64,000 nucleotides of DNA from assembly GCA_000002435.2 (NCBI GenBank), contig CM018789.1; one strand, 5' to 3'. Below are positions 38,987 to 47,381 of the stretch, one piece after another (the first letter of the stretch is position 1; each line of letters opens with the position of its first letter). This DNA is from Giardia intestinalis (taxonomy: Eukaryota). A program made the translations under genes and the position numbers. The notes beneath the pieces were generated by a model. The model did not search any database. It was given only the letters and a program-made list of their open reading frames with translations, and was not told where the DNA came from.

Positions 38987-39934
38987 ATGGCAGTCGATGT
39001 GGAGGATAACCTCAACCATCATCTGAACAACGAGCACTTCGGAGTCCTCGAAGCCAAACCATTCGGGTCAATTCGCTACTATCACTATAGGGCTAACTCC
39101 ACCTCAGATCGCGAGCTAGCGGTGTTCTTCCATGGATTTAACTTTTACTCTAATCTCTATGCGCCATTCCTTAATAAGCTGTCGGAGCGGTTTGACGTCA
39201 TCACATGCGACCTCCCCGGGCATGGAGAGACATCTCCAATGACCGATATGAAAGACTACACACCAGACAATTTCATTCTATGCCTACAGAAGGTTATAGA
39301 GCACTGTGCAGCTGCTGATAGAAAGCTTCACCTTATAGGGCATTCTATGGGCGGACTACTCGCCGGCCTGGCAGCAACAAGGCCCTTCTTCAAGAACAGA
39401 CTCCTTTCGGTAACCATGTGTTGCCCAGCTGGTATCCATCTCGTCGAGGGTTTGGACACCAAGCTGCTTAAAACATCGCTGGGCCAAAAGATAGTTCACG
39501 CAAACCTGTCCAGGTCTCTCAGGATCCTCAAGAAGTCCATGGAGAAGCGTACGTACAGATATCTTCCAGAACATGTGGCAACACAGCTGCGAGAACTATA
39601 CAACGGGTTTCTTGAAAAGCACTGGGAGAAGGTGCTTCTGCGTACATTCTACATGATTCCCAACTTTCCGTGGAGCAACTGTCATGATGAGTTTAAGAAG
39701 CTTTCCGATCTTTCTGTTCCCGTGACAATCTGGCTGAGTAAGCGTGATTCTTACGTTGGGACAAAGAGAACAGCCAAGTTCTTCAGCCAGGATGTATTCA
39801 GTGGAAAGGTTAAGGTTATCATCGAAGAAAACTCTCTTCATGACCTTCCTGTGCTAATCCCTACCAAGGTGGTTGAGGCCATAAAGAAAAAGGATGCTTG
39901 TGCCGCAGATATTGATATTGTTGAAAGTGTCTGA
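38987..39934 (+). CDS. alpha/beta-hydrolase fold protein
   Basis: 315 aa. VFFHGFNFYSN then the nucleophile elbow GHSMGG, with a later Asp and His. AGTAAAT at 39946-39952, 12 nt after the TGA stop. Confidence 0.75.
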   Translation: MAVDVEDNLNHHLNNEHFGVLEAKPFGSIRYYHYRANSTSDRELAVFFHGFNFYSNLYAPFLNKLSERFDVITCDLPGHGETSPMTDMKDYTPDNFILCLQKVIEHCAAADRKLHLIGHSMGGLLAGLAATRPFFKNRLLSVTMCCPAGIHLVEGLDTKLLKTSLGQKIVHANLSRSLRILKKSMEKRTYRYLPEHVATQLRELYNGFLEKHWEKVLLRTFYMIPNFPWSNCHDEFKKLSDLSVPVTIWLSKRDSYVGTKRTAKFFSQDVFSGKVKVIIEENSLHDLPVLIPTKVVEAIKKKDACAADIDIVESV

Positions 39935-39945
39935 TTCGTCTATGT

Positions 39946-39952
39946 AGTAAAT
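39946..39952 (+). promoter_or_regulatory. putative poly(A) signal AGTAAAT
   Basis: Lies 12 nt after the stop of the hydrolase gene. Confidence 0.45.
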
Positions 39953-39975
39953 TACAACAGGATGATTATAGCGAT

Positions 39976-42882
39976 CTATAGCGATCCATATGTTTTAATA
40001 ATCTCTATAAGTTCCAGGTCTCCTCGCTCCGCAGCTAAGTCAAGCGCGGTCTGGCCCTGAACCGAGGAAATATGGCCCTCTGACTCTAACAACAAACTTG
40101 CAGAAATACTATCCCCAGAGACAACTGCGTAGAACAAGGCCGGCCAACCAGCCTCGTCGCGCATACATGTTTCTCTTGTGGCAATAGTTGGATGTAAAGA
40201 GCAGCTAAGCGCTGCGGGTGTACTAGGAAAGTACGTGATGTATCCGTCAAAGTGTGCGCACTTATGGCTATATAGAGAATTCTCCTCCTGTGCCTCGGCC
40301 ATTATGAGCGCTCTAACACAGTTAGGATGCCGTGCTTGGGCAGCAAGCATTAGGGCCGTTTTTCCGCCGCTGCAAACCATCCCCAGCTCCCATGGGATGA
40401 GCAGCTGAACACAGAGATCCATTCCTGCTTGGGCTGCGTACATAAGCGCTGTCAAACCGTCCTGGCGCTGGAGCCGGGCCTCTGTTTCTAGAAGAAGCAA
40501 AGCAATGTCACTGGCCCCAGAAAACGCGGCTCTCATGAGCGCGGTCGATCCTGAATTGTCGACCATCCCACCCTCGTAGTTTGCAAGCAGCTGGGCGCAG
40601 GACAGATGATTCTTTTGCGCAGCAATCATTAGAGCCGTAGATCCGTTAGACGATTGCATGCCTGTTTCTGGAATATAACCTTGTAAGTTGGATGGATATA
40701 TCGAGGCATCACAGGATAGGTCTACAAAAGAGTCCGGAGCGTCGACACCGTGTGGTTGAAGTTCTAGTCCCGATGTACTGCATGGTGAAATGGTAGTGTG
40801 CATCTGCCAGTCCAAGATTTCCTTGACACATGTGGCATAATTCCCTTGGGTAGCCCACATTAGTGCAGTCCATCCAGTTCTATCTTGCATCCCTAACTCT
40901 TTTCCTAGGAGGTATCTTACACAACCATGGTGTCCGTTCTGCGCCGCATGCATGAGGGCGGTGGCACCTGACTCGTCTTGAGCACCCGCCTCCGACGTGG
41001 CAAGGAGCTGCACACAGTCACAATAGCCAGACATTGCAGCGTACATTAGCGCAGTTAAGCCAAAACTATCCTTGATACCTGTCTCCGTAGAGTAAAGAAT
41101 TGTGATGGCTTCGGCAAACCCCCCTTGAGCTGCGAACATAAGAGCGGTGACTCCTGAAAAATCACTCAACCCTTGCTCGTGTTGCTGTAGTAATAAAACG
41201 CTTTCTAATGCAGTATTCTGAACCGCAATCATCAGTGCTGTACGGCCATCGAATGCCTTCATTCCCAATTCAGTGGAGCCCTGTTGAAGAAGTAGCTGGA
41301 TTACGTTGTTATTATTCCTGGACGCTGCTTTCATCAAGGCTGTTTCACCGTTGTTATCCTGCATTCCTTGTTCGTCAGCTAAAAGTAAGTTAACACAAAG
41401 TGTAAAGCCTCCAGCGGCTGCGAACATAAGCGCTGTCCACCCAGTTGTTGTCTGGCCTCTGAGACAGTTAGCCAGTATAGGGCTTTCAAGACAATGGCCA
41501 ACATAAGCCACGTTTCCAAGGGAGGCATAGTACATGAGGGGGGTGACTCCGTTAAGCCCAATCTCTAGCGAAAGCAGTTTGATACATTTGTAATGGCCAC
41601 TCATCATAGCCAGGAGAAGTGCTGAGGACTCAGTACTCTCAGTGGCAAACTCATTCAGCAAAATGCGAACACACGTATCATAGCCACGATAAGCTGCCAT
41701 CATGAGAGCCGTGTGCCCATTGAAGGCACAATGCTTGAGGGAGAAGAAGGAGTCACTAAGCCATAACTCTTTTAACTCATGAACTTGACAGTCATGAACA
41801 TACCTCATAGCTAAAGTGTTTTCATGGACAGGCACTGCAGGAGAAAGAGAGGGAACAGTAAAAAGTCCATGTGTGGAAACATACTCGCTAATCATGAGAA
41901 GAATTCGTGTGGACCTTCTTGATCGCGCGATAGACAGCGTGTTTCGGAGAGTATCTGGGTCGTGAGCACACGTGAGTAGAGAAGCTGCCAAAAAGACATC
42001 ATCAGTAGAAGCTGCTGCTTCAAAAGAGATTGCACTGGCCTCAAACAGCGTAGTCGTAAGTACTTCGAGATCACGGCGTCTAAGCATCTCTTTTTGAATA
42101 AACCCGGTAATAGAATCAACTGCTTTATCGACTAGTTGGGATGCAGTCCTGTTGGCGCTAGAAGTATTAGAGCACGCCTCTAAGCGACTGGTTCTAGCCC
42201 TCTTCAACTCAGGTATATGCAACAGGTGAATGGCGGAGGGTCTTTCCGCTGGATCTAGACTCAGAGAACGGAAAATAGTTTCACTAATCCACTGCGGGTA
42301 CACTGCTGCAAAGTGGGGCTGTTTTGTTAAGGAACTCAACCCGGTGCCCAGGGTCGCCAAATCCAAAAGGATCTTTCCAAGCGACCAAATATCGACTTTT
42401 GTGCTCAGGTAGACATTCTTATGCACCATATACCGATTGGGGATGACCAGCTCTGGGGCATCGGAGTAGAGCCACTTTTCAATTTGACTGCGAGTCATAC
42501 CAGGGAGGAGCATGCGTATGTTCATATGCTGATCGATAAGAACTGTTGATGTACTGAGACTTCCATTAACTATCACACCGTGAGGTTTGAAGGGAACATG
42601 CAGGTAAACGAGTGCATCAACGATTTGCTCAAAGATGAACGCAATTTGATCTGCGGACAACGGCTCTCTGGACAGTCTCCTGTTGGTTAAATATCTTTGC
42701 AGCGTCAGAGAATCCTCAAAATCGGTGAAATCTCTGTGCATTGAAGTGCATTCCAACAATAATTTGTGAGTTAGCGGTTGGTCTGGAGTATACTCTTCGG
42801 TGCAGGTACAAAAACCGTCATTAGCAAGATCCTCGATATCTATTTCAGAACTCAACGAAGATGACACCGAAAAATCCTGCAT
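39976..42882 (-). CDS. NEK-type protein kinase-like domain fused to a long ankyrin-repeat array; predicted pseudokinase
   Basis: The track start is TTG 42912. ATG at 42882 sits behind the classic initiator cttatcaaaaaATG, giving 968 aa. The N-terminal kinase fold (DIWSLGKILL, PAERPS) lacks the Gly-rich loop. It has HGVIVNGSL in place of HRDLKPxN and no DFG. The remainder is more than 15 ankyrin repeats (G.TALM.AA..G...CV..LL). Confidence 0.85.
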   Translation of the reverse strand: MQDFSVSSSLSSEIDIEDLANDGFCTCTEEYTPDQPLTHKLLLECTSMHRDFTDFEDSLTLQRYLTNRRLSREPLSADQIAFIFEQIVDALVYLHVPFKPHGVIVNGSLSTSTVLIDQHMNIRMLLPGMTRSQIEKWLYSDAPELVIPNRYMVHKNVYLSTKVDIWSLGKILLDLATLGTGLSSLTKQPHFAAVYPQWISETIFRSLSLDPAERPSAIHLLHIPELKRARTSRLEACSNTSSANRTASQLVDKAVDSITGFIQKEMLRRRDLEVLTTTLFEASAISFEAAASTDDVFLAASLLTCAHDPDTLRNTLSIARSRRSTRILLMISEYVSTHGLFTVPSLSPAVPVHENTLAMRYVHDCQVHELKELWLSDSFFSLKHCAFNGHTALMMAAYRGYDTCVRILLNEFATESTESSALLLAMMSGHYKCIKLLSLEIGLNGVTPLMYYASLGNVAYVGHCLESPILANCLRGQTTTGWTALMFAAAGGFTLCVNLLLADEQGMQDNNGETALMKAASRNNNNVIQLLLQQGSTELGMKAFDGRTALMIAVQNTALESVLLLQQHEQGLSDFSGVTALMFAAQGGFAEAITILYSTETGIKDSFGLTALMYAAMSGYCDCVQLLATSEAGAQDESGATALMHAAQNGHHGCVRYLLGKELGMQDRTGWTALMWATQGNYATCVKEILDWQMHTTISPCSTSGLELQPHGVDAPDSFVDLSCDASIYPSNLQGYIPETGMQSSNGSTALMIAAQKNHLSCAQLLANYEGGMVDNSGSTALMRAAFSGASDIALLLLETEARLQRQDGLTALMYAAQAGMDLCVQLLIPWELGMVCSGGKTALMLAAQARHPNCVRALIMAEAQEENSLYSHKCAHFDGYITYFPSTPAALSCSLHPTIATRETCMRDEAGWPALFYAVVSGDSISASLLLESEGHISSVQGQTALDLAAERGDLELIEIIKTYGSL

Positions 42883-43137
42883 TTTTTGATAAGTATCCTG
42901 CAGGTCTGGCAAGTGGTCTCCTCAAGTGCATGAAGAAATGCAACCCACACAAGCCTACACATGGCCTGTAGATCTCTGGGGAGGGATAAGATTGAGCTTT
43001 TAATTATTGATCTCAGATGCTTACTCTTTAATGGAAAATTGTAATAAAACTGCTACTTTTTCAACTTGCCTCTCCGCTTTCCTTATCTTTTACCTGAACC
43101 TTTCCTACGTTTTGCGACACGTCTCGTATCATAACAT

Positions 43138-44895
43138 ATGAAGTTTGTAACGTCCTCTTTCATCTTACTGGTTTTTGGATTACTACACTCCTTAGCCGGC
43201 TCCACCCACTGCTTCTACCCTAACGAAAGCATCCTTATCTATGGACGAAATTCAACTGCAGAGCTCCGACTGTGGCCTTTGCAATCAAACCAAAGCCCCG
43301 TCTGTGCCTCTCTAAAGGGCGGGGGCACACTTCTTCTAGAGTCTCTATACTGTACTATATCTACCGAATTCCCTCCAGTGCCCATGAATCAGCCAATTGT
43401 CTTGACCTTTGCATGCACAGATTCAAACGACTGCGAGAGTATAGTTCGGAATGCAAACTCTTTTAGCTATAAGCTGTCTTCCGGGGTGTCTACTAACCAA
43501 GGAGTCGTAGATGGCTCTATCAAATCTTTGCAGCGGCATAACTTTATATACCACGAATGCTGGTCAAACCCTATCCTTTTATACACTGACTCTTCTATCA
43601 GGCCCATCTATGGGCTGTGCATCTCCGTTACCCCGACACCGTGCAGATCCCCGGCCGACTCGCTTCAGCAGGTCACTGCAGAGATACGCTTGGTGATAAA
43701 CGGCACCTCATATAACCTACCTGTCGTCAGCTCGTCTGAGGGCAGTGGTGGGTTCTCATTGCCGTTTGACCACATGAACACGAAGTACTACTGTCACACT
43801 TGCCCCGCCCAAACCAGTGGAGAAGCACTTGATCTGTGTAAGAAAGTTGCCGGCTTGGTTAGGGAAACCATAAACTTTGAAGCGACACTAGTGGTCAACA
43901 TTCCGTACACTAACACACATACCGGCATTCTAGCTCCATTGAGGTACACGACAGATGTTCCCATCAAAGGAAGTGTATATTATTTCAACTGCTTCAAGGA
44001 CCCTCTCGTTGTTATTCTTTGGGACAGGATCTCAGTTTCGCTTCAACAAAATGAGGCCGCGTCGAACTGCGTTCTACCACCAAACACTGAGACTGTTTAT
44101 TTTACTATGACGCTAGTCATAACGAACAACTCTGGAGGCACTTCTGAGTTGTACTTCAGGCACAAGGTAGGCAACTTCGTCTGGACAACCGATAGGTATT
44201 GGTTCCTTTGCAGAGACAACCAAACGTGCCTTTCGTTGGTTCATAATGCATATAGTAATGGGTACGAAGTCAGTGGATACCTGATAATAGAGTTTCACGA
44301 CGCAGACGACTCTTACGTAGACGACCTCACCCTCTGGCTGAGCCCCCGCTATAACTGTTTCAAGCTTGTGGACCTTTTTGCTACTAAGTCAGACATTCGT
44401 ATCGTTGTTCAGACCCAATTTAACTACTGTGCTGAACAGTACAAGGCAATCATAGGCACTAAGACATACAAGCTTCATATCTTTGAAAACCTCCTGGTCG
44501 ACATGGAGTACATGAGAATTTTGCCACTTGGTCTCTTTGTTCAAACAATCACAAACTGGACTCCTCAAGATACATTGGTATTTTCTTGTTCTACCTATGA
44601 TTCTACGTACACCGACAATCTATGCAAGGATGTCCTCGCAAGGGTCTATGAACTAGTGCGTGTTGGCAAAATCATTGCTACAGTCCACGTGGCCGGATAC
44701 AGTACTGCAATTGGTCGTGTCTATAGGGCTAATTATATTCCAATCTATATCACAGCGGGCGTTGCTGGCGCATGCATTGTTATTTCCAGCTCCATATACG
44801 TGTTCTTGATGATTCGGCGCCACAAAGCAATACTTCATTTAATTCATACAGACGTTGAACCAGACGTTGAACCCGCTTTAACTCAGCAAAAATGA
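43138..44895 (+). CDS. hypothetical type-I membrane protein (signal peptide, Cys-containing ectodomain, C-terminal TM)
   Basis: 585 aa. N-terminus MKFVTSSFILLVFGLLHSLAGS. C-terminal helix ITAGVAGACIVISSSIYVFLMI followed by the basic tail RRHK. No CRGKA tail, so not a VSP. Confidence 0.6.
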   Translation: MKFVTSSFILLVFGLLHSLAGSTHCFYPNESILIYGRNSTAELRLWPLQSNQSPVCASLKGGGTLLLESLYCTISTEFPPVPMNQPIVLTFACTDSNDCESIVRNANSFSYKLSSGVSTNQGVVDGSIKSLQRHNFIYHECWSNPILLYTDSSIRPIYGLCISVTPTPCRSPADSLQQVTAEIRLVINGTSYNLPVVSSSEGSGGFSLPFDHMNTKYYCHTCPAQTSGEALDLCKKVAGLVRETINFEATLVVNIPYTNTHTGILAPLRYTTDVPIKGSVYYFNCFKDPLVVILWDRISVSLQQNEAASNCVLPPNTETVYFTMTLVITNNSGGTSELYFRHKVGNFVWTTDRYWFLCRDNQTCLSLVHNAYSNGYEVSGYLIIEFHDADDSYVDDLTLWLSPRYNCFKLVDLFATKSDIRIVVQTQFNYCAEQYKAIIGTKTYKLHIFENLLVDMEYMRILPLGLFVQTITNWTPQDTLVFSCSTYDSTYTDNLCKDVLARVYELVRVGKIIATVHVAGYSTAIGRVYRANYIPIYITAGVAGACIVISSSIYVFLMIRRHKAILHLIHTDVEPDVEPALTQQK

Positions 44896-45155
44896 TACTA
44901 ATGTGCAAATTGCTAGACAGGAGCAGCACACCAACTACTCTACAATCGGTGCATCTATCTTTTGCTGAAGCATCAAAGTAAGTTTATTAGTCATTTATGT
45001 AGAGATTCTAGGAGATTACCTAAAGCAGGTTCTGCGATAGAAACTACCGGCTTTATTTTCTTTTTGGGAGCACTGGGGTTTGCACCAGAACTTTTTCTTT
45101 AGCTGTCTGATCATTAGGCCATGATAACAAGCACAGACTGAGTCTTGTCAGCCCG

Positions 45156-46400
45156 TTAGCCTTGCTGTTTGGTAATTAGCACGAACTCATCCCCCACACG
45201 AATGGATTTCTGCTCTTCTGCAAGGTAGATTACCTTGTGTGTGACGGGTACCTCATAGACCAGCACAATGGTCGATCCGAAGTGGAATTGACCGACCTCT
45301 TCTCCTGCGCTATACTCGTATGGTGTGTGCATATTGTGCTCAAAATAACCTGCCTTCCCTGATATTTCAATGCTCCCCACATTAAGAGCGCCAACAGCAA
45401 CGTATGCGAAATACAGGGGGTCTATGTACTCTTCTAGCCAATATGAGCCTGACAGGATGACCCTCTCGTTTGCGGCCAGTAACCCCTTCACTCGAGGAAG
45501 GAACAAAGAATTCACCGGCAGCAGGTCTCCATGTGCATGTTTGCACCGTGTGACCAGCAGATTGCATGGGGCGTGAAAGCGATGATAATCTCCCGGAGAG
45601 AGATAAAATACGGCCCAGTGGAGAATTGTGTCCTTACATAGACACATCTTATCATCAGCTGAATCGGGAATTAGGAGATCACTTGCGCTGTACACCAGGC
45701 CTTTGCATGTGAGTGTCTGCATATAAGGGAATGAGAATACTCCATAGGATGTCAAGACGCTATCAGCCGGAGAGAATAAGACTGTGCTCGAGAGTATTGT
45801 GGCTTCGGACAGTGCTTCTTTTTGCAGAACAGTGGCTCCAACTAGACATTTCCTATTGAAGGAGAACTTGTAGTCTTCTGCGTCTCTTGAGTGTGTCGAC
45901 TCTTTAAGTTGAAAATTCTTGCGTGTACCAAGATTAACTTTACGTGTGAAGAAGGCGTCGAGCGACAGATAATGGTCCAGAGGCTCTAATATCTCTGACG
46001 TAATAACCCCATAATGCCTGCACCACCAGGAGTAAAGTAAAGTTCGCATAGTTCGCGACTGAATGGGGGTCCTGCACAGCTTCCCCACCAAGGTAGATAT
46101 GGTCGTCCTTGGGCTGAGTAGGATCGCCCAGTACAAGATAAGTTGCCCAAATGTATTAGTATGTCTCACATTTGATTGCTTAAAGTAGTAGCGAGACATT
46201 TGCAGGCCGGCTAACGCGCTGATGACCAAATAGAAAAGCCTTCTGTCAAGATTAACTACCGATTTGCCGAAAACAAGCGTTCCAAGGAAGGCGGCAGCCC
46301 GCTGAATCAAGTAGATGGATGTGACGATGAGGGTGAAGGACCACCAGCGAAACGAGCATGCAAGAGTGCGCTGGGAGGATGTGAGATCAACGATGCGCAT
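45156..46400 (-). CDS. PSD: phosphatidylserine decarboxylase proenzyme
   Basis: The track start is GTG 46403. ATG at 46400. N-terminal hydrophobic anchor. Motif SPGDYHRFHAP and the autocleavage-type motif FHFGSTIVLV (LGST class) near the C-terminus. Confidence 0.8.
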   Translation of the reverse strand: MRIVDLTSSQRTLACSFRWWSFTLIVTSIYLIQRAAAFLGTLVFGKSVVNLDRRLFYLVISALAGLQMSRYYFKQSNVRHTNTFGQLILYWAILLSPRTTISTLVGKLCRTPIQSRTMRTLLYSWWCRHYGVITSEILEPLDHYLSLDAFFTRKVNLGTRKNFQLKESTHSRDAEDYKFSFNRKCLVGATVLQKEALSEATILSSTVLFSPADSVLTSYGVFSFPYMQTLTCKGLVYSASDLLIPDSADDKMCLCKDTILHWAVFYLSPGDYHRFHAPCNLLVTRCKHAHGDLLPVNSLFLPRVKGLLAANERVILSGSYWLEEYIDPLYFAYVAVGALNVGSIEISGKAGYFEHNMHTPYEYSAGEEVGQFHFGSTIVLVYEVPVTHKVIYLAEEQKSIRVGDEFVLITKQQG

Positions 46401-46477
46401 CACGGTGGACTCTTTGCAATTTGCACTAAAAAGAAGAAGGGCCCGAAAAATTATTAAGACAGCTACGATTTTGATCC

Positions 46478-46732
46478 ATGTTTACAGCAGATGATAACCG
46501 GCCCCCCAAGACAGTTATCGGTGACAAAAAGGCCCCTGCCGCGGATGATGATATAATTAGTGAGTTTGCGTTCGACGGAGAAGGCTCCGACACAGATTCT
46601 AACAGCGTTATAATCGAGGATGATGACATCATGTCGACTAAAAGGATAGGGACAGTGACCAGCAGCAAATTGGAGCTCCCAAAAACTATCTCCCTAGGAG
46701 AACTGAGCGACATTGAGAATAGGCTTTGCTAA
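46478..46732 (+). CDS. putative small acidic protein
   Basis: 84 aa from ATG at 46478, Asp/Glu-rich (GEGSDTDSNSVIIEDDDIMS). AGTAAAT at 46786-46792, 54 nt downstream. The antisense ORF 46426..46713 translates as Ser/Leu-rich junk. Confidence 0.3.
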   Translation: MFTADDNRPPKTVIGDKKAPAADDDIISEFAFDGEGSDTDSNSVIIEDDDIMSTKRIGTVTSSKLELPKTISLGELSDIENRLC

Positions 46733-46970
46733 GGCGCGTGCATTTACAAAGGTGTGGGATGGAAGGTACTAGGCGCACGCGGATCAGTAAATTGTTTGGT
46801 GGCCAGGCGGATTTTTGCAGTTATATTTGAGCTTGGGCCGGGATGACTGGGACCAGGGTCACTGCGCTCTGCTCCAATCTCTGTGCAGAGCGGGGTGCCC
46901 AGCTTCAATGAAAATTATATCAAACCCGTAGACCCTCTACATAGGAAACGAAAGTGCACCAATGGAAGCG

Positions 46971-47366
46971 TTAATGGCAGGGAGTCGGGACAATATCAAG
47001 GCCCGGGATCTCAAAGCTTTCCCCACACGAGCAGCTGCCGCTAGACTGAGGGTTGTCTTTGAGGACGAAGTACTGACGGAACGGCTCCGAGATAAAATCG
47101 ATCGTTGACCCCTTAACATATGCTAGAGCCTTATTGTCAACACGCAGCTCAACGCCTCCCTTTTTCGTCACATCATCGTCCTTTCGCCGGTCCGTATCTA
47201 CAGCAAACTTATAGGTTAGGCCTGCACAGCCAGATGTCATTACATTGACGCGAAGGAATTCGGAGGGCTTAAGAATGTTCCTGAGGCTGCTCACAGCAGC
47301 GTCAGTAATCTTTATCCCATTCTTTGTCAGACTACGAACCAACGGGGTAATAAGCGCTGGCAGCAT
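46971..47366 (-). CDS. IscA: A-type iron-sulfur cluster carrier (IscA/HesB family)
   Basis: The track start is TTG 47372. ATG at 47366 sits behind caaaaataaaaaccgaaattgctcATG, giving 131 aa. Motifs SGCAGLTYKF, KGSTIDF and NP...SCSCGESFEI match the IscA three-Cys signature. Short basic N-terminal extension. Confidence 0.75.
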   Translation of the reverse strand: MLPALITPLVRSLTKNGIKITDAAVSSLRNILKPSEFLRVNVMTSGCAGLTYKFAVDTDRRKDDDVTKKGGVELRVDNKALAYVKGSTIDFISEPFRQYFVLKDNPQSSGSCSCGESFEIPGLDIVPTPCH

Positions 47367-47381
47367 GAGCAATTTCGGTTT

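Noticed and set aside
46426-46713. 95-codon minus-strand ORF overlapping the small acidic plus-strand ORF
   Set aside because: Its Ser/Leu/Ile-rich sequence looks like the antisense translation of the Asp/Glu-rich plus-strand ORF, which additionally has a downstream AGTAAAT signal.
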